From a virus (Duplodnaviria; Caudoviricetes): 51,803 bases of DNA. The stretch covers positions 1 through 51,803 of IMG/VR virus record IMGVR_UViG_3300033485_000347; one strand, given 5' to 3'. The position numbers and the translations under genes were made by a program. Positions within the stretch are counted from its first letter, which is position 1; each line of letters opens with the position of its first letter. The notes below the pieces were generated by a model. The model saw only the letters and a program-made list of their open reading frames with translations. It had not been told where the DNA came from and did no database searches. Positions 8,724 to 18,068 of the stretch are shown piece after piece.

Positions 8724-10946
8724 TTAGGCCCCCATCGACATGTTCGCGCTCACACCTTGCATCGTATCGGGCGACGCGCCCTGCGTTTCCTTGTCCAAGA
8801 CGGTGTCTTCGGACGTGTAGTCGTCCTTCTCTTCTTCCCCACCCGTTCCTCCGCCGTCGCCGCCCATGCGCGGGGCGTTGCTGCCAGGCTTCATGGACTG
8901 GCCGATCACGTCCTGCCGCATGGCCTGAAAATGGATGGCCGCCCGGAGCTGGATGGCCTGCTGTTTCCACGGTTCCAGGGATTCGAATGCCTCGTCGATC
9001 TCGAATTGGCGGAGCACCTGGAGGTGGATGGGGTGGATATCATACGGCTGGGGCGGGGGCGGTAGTTGGGAGGGGTCCAGGGCCTCCAGGATGCGGTCCA
9101 GCATGCGGCCCGCCTTGATGTAGTCCTTGTTGTAATCCGGCATGAGTTCCGGGATGCCCAGCGCCCGCAAGCCCTGGAACCGTTGCTGCGGATCGAGGGG
9201 GTTCACGAGGCCCTGCGTGATGGCCTGTCCGATGCGGGCGCTCTTGGCGATGAGCGTGGTGGGGCGGTTCATGCCTAAATCGACGGTGATGTCCACGCCG
9301 CCCTGAATCTGCGCCTTGGCGAACTTGCGGGTGGCCCATTTCCCGAAGCCGAGCGACAACATCCGCTCCTCGGTCCAGTATTCTCTGGCGATATTGATGT
9401 TCTGGCGGCTCCATTCCATCCAGCCGAGCGCCCAGTTGTCGAAGATGTTGCTCTGGCCTTGCTGTGCCCGCTCGTCGAGCAACTGGAGGGCCGCGTAGGC
9501 CGTCACGCGGGAGGGGACCTCGCCGCGAGCGACCTCGGGTAGGCCAAAGACTTCCTGCATCTCGGCCTTCTTCTGGTTCCGGACGAGGAAGAGTGTCTGT
9601 TCCAGGGGCACGCCAGCCGCCCTCTCGGGCTTGTGGCCGGTCTGGAGGGGATCGTACTGGATCTCCAGGCCACCCTCGCCGGTGAGCGAGGACACGTTGC
9701 TGCCACGCGGGTTGATCCAGACCGCATTGGACATACGGCGGGCGTGCTGCTTGATGAAGGCGTCGTACTCGTTCAGGTCCTCCTGAAGTTCCACCGCGTC
9801 ATCCATGCGGGTGGACGCCAGGGCCCGGCCCGGCACCTGATCGAACTCCAGGTGGACGATGTTCAGCATCGCCTTGCCGGTCTCGTCGTGATACGGGTAC
9901 TCGCGGGCGATGGGCTGGCCGTCGCGCCCGGTGGCGATCTGGTCCCCGACGATCTCCGCGTAGATGCCGTTCGGCGCTTTCTCCGGATGCGGGCGAATCC
10001 ACAGCCGCGTGACCACCGCCTTCTGCTCGTCGTCCGACGCGGACCCGGACCCCGCCATCCCGAACGCCGTGACCGCGAGGCCGTCGAACAATCGGGTGGT
10101 GAGGTCGTTCCCGCCCCGATAGGCCGCCTGGTCGGCGAACGGCTCCCCGTAGCGCTCCGCCACCCACGAGTAGGGCCGCGTGCGGGTAATGGCCACGTAC
10201 GGGGACTTGTGGAAGCGGTCGGCATAGGGGTCGAAGCGCACGGTGAAGACGTTCTCCACCTCCGTGACGTGCTTCCCCTTGGGGTAGCTGATGCCGACCG
10301 GCACCCCGGAGCCGTCGATGGCGGGCTCGAACTGGGGGTTCTGCTGCTCCATGGGCCCCATCGGCCCGACGCCCATCTCACGGGAGCCGCACGTGGGGCA
10401 CATTCCGCCGGTCTGCTCGCGTTCCATGGGCATGGACGGCGTGAGACAGTGCAGGCACCGCTGCGCGGGCTCGAAGCTCTCGCCGTTCTCGGGGGAGGTG
10501 TCGTAGTTGTTCACGAGCCACACGTTACCCGTGCTGGCCAGCCAGCGGGCGCACAGGGGCTTCAACTCCCGGATGTTCGCTTCCCGCTCGTTGATGGTGT
10601 TCACGAAGTCGGCGACGGAGGCCGCGATGTAGTCCGTGTCCTGATCGCTCCCCGGCCCCCAGGTGATGGGGGGCTTGAAGGCGATGAGTTTCGAGGCCAG
10701 GTCATTCACCAGCGTCTTGACCATGTTGGTGACGGGGAGGAACTTGCGGTCCTGCGTCTTGGGACGCCAGAAGCGCACGGCGGGGCTGTACTGGATGCGC
10801 TGGAGGCCGAGGTAGAAGAGGATGTTCTTCCACGCCTGGGTCTCGACGGCGGTCCAGAAAGGCCGGTGCATCTCGCGGGCGGCCTTGTCGTAGTTCAGGA
10901 TTCCCTGCTGGTCCTGCGGGCCGTTCGGGTAGAGGAGTCGCGCCAT
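8724..10946 (-). CDS. Portal protein (P22/podovirus-like) with Zn-ribbon insertion
   Basis: 740 aa downstream of TerL; VTNMVKTLVNDL, ELQEDLN, FGLPEVARGE and TAYAALQLL match portal-like patterns. Confidence 0.85.
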   Translation of the reverse strand: MARLLYPNGPQDQQGILNYDKAAREMHRPFWTAVETQAWKNILFYLGLQRIQYSPAVRFWRPKTQDRKFLPVTNMVKTLVNDLASKLIAFKPPITWGPGSDQDTDYIAASVADFVNTINEREANIRELKPLCARWLASTGNVWLVNNYDTSPENGESFEPAQRCLHCLTPSMPMEREQTGGMCPTCGSREMGVGPMGPMEQQNPQFEPAIDGSGVPVGISYPKGKHVTEVENVFTVRFDPYADRFHKSPYVAITRTRPYSWVAERYGEPFADQAAYRGGNDLTTRLFDGLAVTAFGMAGSGSASDDEQKAVVTRLWIRPHPEKAPNGIYAEIVGDQIATGRDGQPIAREYPYHDETGKAMLNIVHLEFDQVPGRALASTRMDDAVELQEDLNEYDAFIKQHARRMSNAVWINPRGSNVSSLTGEGGLEIQYDPLQTGHKPERAAGVPLEQTLFLVRNQKKAEMQEVFGLPEVARGEVPSRVTAYAALQLLDERAQQGQSNIFDNWALGWMEWSRQNINIAREYWTEERMLSLGFGKWATRKFAKAQIQGGVDITVDLGMNRPTTLIAKSARIGQAITQGLVNPLDPQQRFQGLRALGIPELMPDYNKDYIKAGRMLDRILEALDPSQLPPPPQPYDIHPIHLQVLRQFEIDEAFESLEPWKQQAIQLRAAIHFQAMRQDVIGQSMKPGSNAPRMGGDGGGTGGEEEKDDYTSEDTVLDKETQGASPDTMQGVSANMSMGA

Positions 10947-11267
10947 TTACCGGTACTCCTGCAACACGGTGGGGTCCCCCCGCAAGATGCGGTCTTCCAA
11001 CGCGGACACCTTCTCCGGGTCCTCGTCGAACACGTCCGGGATGTCGGGCATGCCCCGATCTGGCGGTGTCACCATCGGGAACCCCCGCACGGCCAGTTGC
11101 GCGTCCACGGCCCGGTTGGCGCGGGCGCGTTCCGCCTCGCACTGTTCGTGGAGATCCTTCAACAGGTTCTCCAGGAGTTTCACGTGCAACCGGAGCTGCT
11201 CCCCGATGGCCGCCTTCTCCACGAGGGCTTGGTAGGCGTCTCGGTCCTTGCCGGTGAGTATTCTCAT
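10947..11267 (-). CDS. Hypothetical coiled-coil protein
   Basis: 106 aa, translationally coupled between TerL and portal. Confidence 0.65.
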   Translation of the reverse strand: MRILTGKDRDAYQALVEKAAIGEQLRLHVKLLENLLKDLHEQCEAERARANRAVDAQLAVRGFPMVTPPDRGMPDIPDVFDEDPEKVSALEDRILRGDPTVLQEYR

Positions 11268-12796
11268 CGGGCGATGTACTCCTCGACCACGCCCGGCTCG
11301 TACAGGCGCTCGAAGCGCCGGGCGGAGGCCGCCTGCTCCTCGGCCTTCTTGGCGTCGAACCAGGGCTTCCAGATGCGCTCGCTCCGGAACCGCTCCCCGC
11401 GCTGTTCCGGCGTCTCTTCCACCGCCCCCACCCCGGCCTCCGGCACGAGGACCGGGGCGAGGGCCGCGTAGCCCGCCGCTTCCAGCGCGTGGTCGTTCCC
11501 GTCCTTCGGCTTGCCGGGGTCCTTGTCATCCCACTCGTACTGGAGGATCTCCCGCCGCAGGTTCGGACAGCGCCCCTTGAGGATCTTCCACTTCTTCAGA
11601 TTCAACAGCTCCGACATGCGGATGATGCGAGCGCCCACCGACCAATCCGGCGGGCAGGACGCACTCAACCCCACCTGTCGGAGCTCCGTGATCACCTGCT
11701 TACTATCCCGCCCCGTCATCAGGTACGTGTGCTTGCGAGGGCCGAGCATGACCTGGAGCAGGCTCCCCCGGCTCTGGATGCTCTGGGCCGTCTGGTCGTA
11801 AATCTCCCCCCACCAGTACAGCACCCCGTCCGGACCGTAGGACCCGATTTCGATGGCCGTGGGGTCGCTCCCCCCGCCCGCTCCGTGGTCCCACCCCACC
11901 ACATGCGTCCAGTGGTAGGGAATCTGGAACGGCTCGCACTCGTGCAGCGTGGGGTTGAACGGATAGACCAGCCCGGCATACGAGGACGCCTCCCCTCCGA
12001 ACTGCTCCGCGAACATGGGGGGCGGGAGCGTCTTCCGCGCCTTGGCGATCTGCTCCTCGGTGTACTCCCCCGGATGGAGCACCTCCCCGAAGTCCGGCAC
12101 GTAGGACACCTGGCAGGACCAGTAGTCCGGATCGTAATCCGGATTTGCTTCCCCGCCTACCATGCCCCGCTTGCCGTCCACCCACGGGCCCCACGAGAAC
12201 GTCCGGTCCTTCACCGGCAAGCTCGGCACCCGCACGTCGCTATATACCCAGCCATACCCCTTATGCGTGGTGGGGTAGAACACCTTCCCCCGCCGCTTCT
12301 CCACGCGGGCGTACACATACCGCTTGTGCAGGTTCGCATCCAGCTTGCTGGCCTCGGCGTAGATCACGACGTCCAGTTGCTCACGCCGGAGGTTCTCGTG
12401 GTCCTGCGCGGTGATGACCTGCACCCACGTCCCGTTCTTGATCTCGATTCGCATGTTCCCGCCCCGCACGTCCTTGTGCTTCGTGTTGGCCGTGCGGAGG
12501 ATGCCGAGCTGCGCCCAATCGTCCCAGATGTACCCGAACTCCTTGCTCCCGTCCTCATACGTGGGCGCGACAATCCACATCTTGGTGCCGGGGAACGCCC
12601 AGTACGCCCCGACGTGCTTCGCAATGTGGAACGACTTGCCGTCCTGCGGGGGCGTGAACAGGCCCAGATGCCGCTTGCCAGCGTCCACCGCCGCGTCCAG
12701 CGCGGCCTGCCCTGGCTTCGGCACATGCCCCAGCGCCTCGTAATAGTTCTCCCGCGCCGTGCGGAGCAGCTCGGGCGAGACGTCAGCGAGGAGCAT
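11264..12796 (-). CDS. terL: Terminase large subunit
   Basis: Walker A TPPQDGKS, WIVAPTY, coupling motif TTHKG and RNase H nuclease motifs VVGWDHG and NDHALEA. Confidence 0.9.
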   Translation of the reverse strand: MLLADVSPELLRTARENYYEALGHVPKPGQAALDAAVDAGKRHLGLFTPPQDGKSFHIAKHVGAYWAFPGTKMWIVAPTYEDGSKEFGYIWDDWAQLGILRTANTKHKDVRGGNMRIEIKNGTWVQVITAQDHENLRREQLDVVIYAEASKLDANLHKRYVYARVEKRRGKVFYPTTHKGYGWVYSDVRVPSLPVKDRTFSWGPWVDGKRGMVGGEANPDYDPDYWSCQVSYVPDFGEVLHPGEYTEEQIAKARKTLPPPMFAEQFGGEASSYAGLVYPFNPTLHECEPFQIPYHWTHVVGWDHGAGGGSDPTAIEIGSYGPDGVLYWWGEIYDQTAQSIQSRGSLLQVMLGPRKHTYLMTGRDSKQVITELRQVGLSASCPPDWSVGARIIRMSELLNLKKWKILKGRCPNLRREILQYEWDDKDPGKPKDGNDHALEAAGYAALAPVLVPEAGVGAVEETPEQRGERFRSERIWKPWFDAKKAEEQAASARRFERLYEPGVVEEYIAR

Positions 12797-13295
12797 CGCC
12801 CTCGCTCACCGCCTTTTTCGTCAGCATCTTCTCCACGAGCTGGGTGAACTCCGCGTTCGGCCCCACCGCGACCTGCGTCTGCGGCGTGATGCCGGCGATC
12901 CCCAGCCGGAACTGCGCGTTCGCCGTCCGCGTCCGCTTGTCCTCGTTCGTGGGGGCCGCCAGCGCCTCCACCGTGTCCAGCGTCCGGTGGATCTGCTGAT
13001 GCCGCCGCAGCCGCGCCGACACCCACCCGTCCGGGTCCTGCCGCGCCTGGAGCCACTTCTGCTTGAACTCCTTGCTCTCCAGGCACGCCTGCACCGTCTC
13101 CGGGGCCACCTTGGCATCCGGGTCCGCGATCACCGCGTTGATCCGCCGATGGATCGCATCCCACCGCACCAACCCCGCAATCTTCAGATCCACGCAGCGG
13201 TCCACCAGATCCCCGTAGTCCGCCTCCAGGGTGGCCAGCATGACCTCCTGCACCTCTGGCACCGGACTACTCTGCGTCTGCACCCACTCGGTCAT
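12783..13295 (-). CDS. Putative terminase small subunit
   Basis: 170-aa helical protein directly upstream of and overlapping terL; ATG at 13295 overlaps the upstream stop. Confidence 0.55.
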   Translation of the reverse strand: MTEWVQTQSSPVPEVQEVMLATLEADYGDLVDRCVDLKIAGLVRWDAIHRRINAVIADPDAKVAPETVQACLESKEFKQKWLQARQDPDGWVSARLRRHQQIHRTLDTVEALAAPTNEDKRTRTANAQFRLGIAGITPQTQVAVGPNAEFTQLVEKMLTKKAVSEGDAPR

Positions 13296-13825
13296 GCGTT
13301 CCCTCTCGGTGTGTGAATCGCACAGCAATACGCATCCGGCGCGTAATCCACCAGCCCCCCGCAGGCCAGATGGTTCATGGGGCAGAGGAGTTGTTCGGTG
13401 ATCCAGTGGTACGGCCCCAACCCGTCGCGGACCCGCCGCATGGGCCTTAACCGCATCACCGTATTGGTCGTCCACCCCACCAGCCGCGCCGTCTCCGCCT
13501 GCGGCTCATAGCGGGCAAACACCACCCACGGAGCCAAGCGGGGAATCTGCCACGCCTCCACCCAGAAATATTCCTCCGCGAACCGGCGCTTGAACGTCCG
13601 CGTCTTGACCTCGACTTTCCCGATGGGCGTCACGAAATCCGTGCCCCCATCTCCTCCAAGACGCGCCTGCCGGTCCACCGAGAGGTGATACCGCTCCGCA
13701 AACGCCAACTCCCCCGCCGCGCCGATGCGGTGCGGAAGGTCGGGGGTCGCCGCAAACACGAGTGACGTGCCGGGATCGCCCCCATGCACCGCCTGGCGCT
13801 GGACGCCCAACTCCCGTGCGTTCAT
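13292..13825 (-). CDS. PD-(D/E)xK nuclease-like protein
   Basis: GAAGELAF...DGGTDF...VEVKT motif. Confidence 0.6.
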   Translation of the reverse strand: MNARELGVQRQAVHGGDPGTSLVFAATPDLPHRIGAAGELAFAERYHLSVDRQARLGGDGGTDFVTPIGKVEVKTRTFKRRFAEEYFWVEAWQIPRLAPWVVFARYEPQAETARLVGWTTNTVMRLRPMRRVRDGLGPYHWITEQLLCPMNHLACGGLVDYAPDAYCCAIHTPRGNA

Positions 13826-14455
13826 CTAGGCGGTCTTCGGTTGCACCGTAGCCGCAAACGCCGCCGCCAGCGCCGCCGCAATCGCCTTGACCGAGGCATC
13901 ATCCAGCTGCACGGCCTTGATGGTCATGGTATCCGCCGCGCCCTGCTGGACCGGGTTCCACTGCTGGTCAATGGCGATGTCCCCGTGCCGCACGGCCTGC
14001 TTCCCGACCATGTTGGCCGTCTCCACCGCGTTCTGGAGGCTCTGGTTGGCGATGACCTGGCGCTGATTGTCGAACTGCAAGGCGTCCGACAGCACCTTGT
14101 CCACATACGTCCGGTTGCGCTTGATCGACTCCAGCGACTCCTGCTGGTACTCGTCGTAGGTCCGCTTCGCGTTGGCGAACAGCAACCCGGTCTCGTTGTT
14201 CAGCGACCGCTCGTGGGCTTCCCCGCCCCCCACATCCTCGACCCGCTCGCCGACCGCCTGCGAGGTCGTCCGCGCCCCGAGCGACCCTTCCGTCACTCCG
14301 CCCGTCGTCACCATGAACTTCTGGATCGCCTGGGACACCGCCTGCCCCACCTGCTCCGCGATCTGCTGGGCCACCTGATTCGCCACGTTCTGGGCCGCCG
14401 CCTGGGCCGCTTGCTGCGCGGCCTGGTTCACGTCCTGCGTCACCGGCTCTGCCAT
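13826..14455 (-). CDS. Ala/Gln-rich helical hypothetical protein
   Basis: 209 aa from ATG 14455 with RBS GAGGAGG; QAAQQAAQAAA low-complexity segments. Confidence 0.7.
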   Translation of the reverse strand: MAEPVTQDVNQAAQQAAQAAAQNVANQVAQQIAEQVGQAVSQAIQKFMVTTGGVTEGSLGARTTSQAVGERVEDVGGGEAHERSLNNETGLLFANAKRTYDEYQQESLESIKRNRTYVDKVLSDALQFDNQRQVIANQSLQNAVETANMVGKQAVRHGDIAIDQQWNPVQQGAADTMTIKAVQLDDASVKAIAAALAAAFAATVQPKTA

Positions 14456-14481
14456 GACTCCCTCCTCGCTGCGTTGTTGCC

Positions 14482-14790
14482 TCACGCCACGCTAAACACC
14501 CACGTCCCGTTTGGGACCCCCGCGCTTAACACGAAAGGGACTTCCGCGGACGGGGCTCCCTCCCCCGTCGCGTGCGCGGCCACCATCACCGCGTAGAACT
14601 GCCCCACGCTCCCCGCCGGCAGCACCGTATTGACCGCCGCCCCCGTGGTGCTCACGCCGTACACCTTCTGCTGCGTGTACACGCCAGGGCTGGTCCCCCA
14701 CTTCAACCGCAACTCCGTCGCGGGCACGCTCCCCTGCGTGAACGTCCAGCTGAACCGCCCCGCCGCGTACGTGATCACCACGCCCGCCAT
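14482..14790 (-). CDS. Small fibronectin-III-like protein
   Basis: FSWT...LKWGTSPGVY...FYAVMVAA...GEGAPSAEV FN3 pattern; strong RBS GGAGGAGG. Confidence 0.65.
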   Translation of the reverse strand: MAGVVITYAAGRFSWTFTQGSVPATELRLKWGTSPGVYTQQKVYGVSTTGAAVNTVLPAGSVGQFYAVMVAAHATGEGAPSAEVPFVLSAGVPNGTWVFSVA

Positions 14791-14809
14791 ACGCCCTCCT
14801 CCCGAAAAA

Positions 14810-15178
14810 TTAGGCGGGGCTTCCTATGCGGGGGCTAGACCCCGCAGCCCCGCCTGCCGGTGGTGGAACTGAGTCCACCAGGCCATCCGCGACCACATAC
14901 AGCGCATGCCCCGGCGGATACCAGGGCTTCGGTTGGTTCATGCAGGCCACGCAGTACCAGCGGGCGGGCGTGCCGAGGCCATCGCTCAACAGCACGTGCG
15001 CCACGCCACCGCACGCCACACACGCCTGCGGCGGCTGGGCCGCCTTCAGGCAGTGCCAACACACCGGTGGATGGTAGTCGAGCGTCACGCCTCCATGGCA
15101 CGCACAGGGTTCCGGCGGATTCATCATCACATCGGGCACATCTATCAAGGCATTTTCGTGGTGCGATTCCTCACTCAT
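14810..15178 (-). CDS. Cys-rich hypothetical protein
   Basis: 122 aa with several CxxC pairs. Confidence 0.45.
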   Translation of the reverse strand: MSEESHHENALIDVPDVMMNPPEPCACHGGVTLDYHPPVCWHCLKAAQPPQACVACGGVAHVLLSDGLGTPARWYCVACMNQPKPWYPPGHALYVVADGLVDSVPPPAGGAAGSSPRIGSPA

Positions 15179-15649
15179 GCTTGCACCACACGATGCCGGT
15201 TGACGTACACTGGAATCGCGTCCACGCGCCAAACCGCTCCACCGTACAGGCGGGATCGGCACAGGGACCATGCCAAGAGGGATACAAGGCGTTTTGAGCA
15301 TGCGATGCCGGGGAGGACTTGTCACTGTCAGTGAGGGTGGGGGGAGGGGTGGGGGGGTCACCCTGCGTGCGCTCGTCAGCGTTCAATTGTACGGCATTGT
15401 CAGGTTCAGATAATAGGTAATCTGTAAAGGACGGTAGCACTCCTAACATGTTGATATTGCGTGCGTTGCTGGGATTGTGCAGATTATCCCGCATGGCGTA
15501 TCGCCTCGGATCGTGCCACGTTACTACATCTAGTGGTCACTCCAGCGCAATCGCTAGGGCCTCGAGGATCGCATCGAGCACAACCCACAACCAATCCATG
15601 GCAGCTCCCAGTGTGGCGTTTCACGGCTGGCGAAGACCGTAGAAACCTG

Positions 15650-15967
15650 TTAGGCCGCCACTAACTCCCTCGTTCTTGCCTTCCCCGCTGCCTTGTACGC
15701 TCTGGCGCGGACCACATCGGCGGTGCTGGCGGACGTGGCACGCACTAGATGCTCCAGCCCGAAATGCTCATGCGCCGTCGGCGCCAAGTCGCGATCCAGC
15801 GCGTCAAGCTCTTCCGCCATCGCCCAGTAGCCTTTGGAGACAGAGTGTGCGCTGATGAGCCGAATCACGCTCCCATACCGCAGAAGAATATGCGACCAGG
15901 AGCGTCTATTCCCTGGGGCTTTACCTAAGTGCCGCATGATGGCGGTACGTCCGTTGAGTCGCATCAT
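15650..15967 (-). CDS. Hypothetical protein
   Basis: 105-aa basic ORF upstream of the late operon. Confidence 0.45.
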   Translation of the reverse strand: MMRLNGRTAIMRHLGKAPGNRRSWSHILLRYGSVIRLISAHSVSKGYWAMAEELDALDRDLAPTAHEHFGLEHLVRATSASTADVVRARAYKAAGKARTRELVAA

Positions 15968-16677
15968 CTTATATGCAGAACGGCGCCGTCGCGATCTGGT
16001 GACGCTCCGGCTTGGTGGTAGTCAACGACCAGTGACGAGTTGTGAGCATCTCACGCCTAGGTGTCGGCCCATATCGCGGCATAACAGACGCCAGCCCGTC
16101 CTAACGATACTGCTGCTGGAGTCTGGCCAGCCCTGTATCCAGGGTATGCGCGGCACGTGAGAGACTGCGCCAGGAACTGACTGGTCCAATAAAGACGGCC
16201 AGCCCCGTCGTCACGAGGCTGGCCTTGGCGCAGTCAGTGGTCATGCCTATATCCCGTACCAAACCTCTTCCCACATGTCAAGACAAATTATCATGTCGGA
16301 TTCGCTTACACTCTCCGGTTTCCGTCTAACATGTTGATTATAGGACACAAGAGAGCCGTGAAGAATTTTATTTCCCCTCAGGTGTCGGTTTCCTGACAGG
16401 GACCAGTAGGAAAAGTGTAAGCAATCCCGACAGTTCTCGCCAAGCAGGGAACGCGCTGTGACAGCAAACCCTGTATTTCTCTCATGTTTCATTGTGGCAT
16501 GGCGCATGCTCTCTTGCTAGGTATCTGCAACCCACACATAGGTGCTCCCATGAGCCGAAGATGGTTTGCCCTGAGTGCGGCTGCCGAAGCGAGAGCGTTC
16601 GCGTATCGCGTCCATGGAGAACTCGAAGCGGTGGAGAATGGCTGGCTGGTGTGGTTCTAACCATAGGAGGAAGGACA

Positions 16678-17265
16678 ATTAACATCTCGAGCGGCAATTC
16701 TAAACTGGGGAAAATCCCCAACGTCTCAACGGTCCCTGTCAAAGACTGCGCCAATTGCTCGTGGTGTCGCAAAGACTGCTATGCCTTGAAAGCATTCCGA
16801 ATGTATCCCAGTGTCAGAGCGGCGTGGCGCGAGAACTCTCGAGAGTTTCGGGCGGCGGATAAGTCCGGCAACTGGCGCAAGATGACAGTCGAGATTGATC
16901 ACTATCTCGAGCATCGCACGCCCAGGTTCTTTCGTATCCATGTCGCCGGAGACTTCCTCTCGCAAGCTCATGTCGACTTTTGGGCGGATATCGCGGCCCG
17001 GCATCCTGCGGTGAAATTTCTAGCGTTTACCAAGCGACATGACCTGGACTATGCCGCGACCCGTTTCACCAATTTCACCGTCGTATTCAGCATGTTTCCG
17101 GGTATGCCAGACACCTCTTGGCCTTATCCCAAAGCCTGGATGCAAGACGGAACCGAGACCCGAGTGCCCACTAACGCGATTGAATGCCCTGGCAATTGCG
17201 AAACCTGTGGGATGTGCTTCAATCTTCAGAAGCTCCAGCGAGACGTGGTTTTTGCAAAACACTAA
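16678..17265 (+). CDS. Gp88-like (degenerate radical-SAM-related) protein
   Basis: ISSGNSKLG...C..C..C...CYA...FFRIHVAGDF...FLAFTKR...CPGNCETCGMC. AGGAGG precedes an in-frame ATT at 16678; the ORF is open from 16492. Confidence 0.8.
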   Translation: MNISSGNSKLGKIPNVSTVPVKDCANCSWCRKDCYALKAFRMYPSVRAAWRENSREFRAADKSGNWRKMTVEIDHYLEHRTPRFFRIHVAGDFLSQAHVDFWADIAARHPAVKFLAFTKRHDLDYAATRFTNFTVVFSMFPGMPDTSWPYPKAWMQDGTETRVPTNAIECPGNCETCGMCFNLQKLQRDVVFAKH

Positions 17266-17336
17266 GGAAATTGCCTGGAGCATTGACTAACTAGCTGCAC
17301 CGGGCCGCGCATGGCCACGCGGAGAAAGAGCCGAAC

Positions 17337-17531
17337 ATGAGAGACACACGCAATCGTCAATATCAGACTGAAAAGTATTTCGTTCGGATTCGCGTCTGTC
17401 ATTCCCCAGATGCCTCGCATTGTGTACAGATTGACTATCGCGGCAGCGTCCATGAAGTGTGGTATGCAGCGAATCGTAGAATTGCGGGACAGGGCATTCG
17501 GAAACTGCTCGCTTGGGCAAGGAGTAATTAG
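17337..17531 (+). CDS. Hypothetical protein
   Basis: 64-aa ORF in the small rightward operon. Confidence 0.4.
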   Translation: MRDTRNRQYQTEKYFVRIRVCHSPDASHCVQIDYRGSVHEVWYAANRRIAGQGIRKLLAWARSN

Positions 17532-17678
17532 TTATGTATACCATTTTTGCTACCTTCAGTCACGGAGCGACCGCCTGTTGCCGTTGTGACACTTGCGAGG
17601 AGTTGGTCAACTACTTGGTTGAATGGCTACCCATGGCGCTCAAAATCGAGTGCCGCGAAGTGCGAGAGGAGGAGTAAC

Positions 17679-17942
17679 ATGCACACGCAGTCCTGGTTGT
17701 GGCCGGATCATGTGATAGGGAAGCGGGAGTCTGGGGCCTTGCGCGAAGAGCATAATCGTCTGGTAAATTGCAATGCAAACATGCTCGAAGCGCTGCATAA
17801 GGCAGTCGATGTGCTGTCAGTGTGCGCTGAAATGGCAGAAATCGATGGAGACAATACCTTCTGGAATAAGACCGGCCCAGGATATGATGCCTGCATGGCT
17901 GTCAATCTTGCAATCGCCAAGGCGGAGGGACGGGAGCCATGA
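17679..17942 (+). CDS. Hypothetical protein
   Basis: RBS GAGGAGGAG before ATG 17679; ends AIAKAEG, a pattern common in small phage early proteins. Confidence 0.65.
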   Translation: MHTQSWLWPDHVIGKRESGALREEHNRLVNCNANMLEALHKAVDVLSVCAEMAEIDGDNTFWNKTGPGYDACMAVNLAIAKAEGREP

Positions 17943-18052
17943 ACACCTTCCCGCGTCTCGCCAATGCCTTGTTCTGGTTCGGCCTGGGCCTGTATGTGTC
18001 GACGGTGCTGAGTCGGTCGGACCCGCGATTATGGACGCTGTTGTGGCGATAA
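17939..18052 (+). CDS. Small membrane peptide (37 aa)
   Basis: ATGA overlap with RBS GGAG; MNTFPRLANALFWFGLGLYVSTVLSRSDPRLWTLLWR. Confidence 0.45.
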   Translation: MNTFPRLANALFWFGLGLYVSTVLSRSDPRLWTLLWR

Positions 18053-18068
18053 CCTGACTATACCGAAC

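Noticed and set aside
6166-12847. Long + strand ORFs (511, 612 and 452 aa)
   Set aside because: High-GC shadow frames opposite MCP, portal and TerL.
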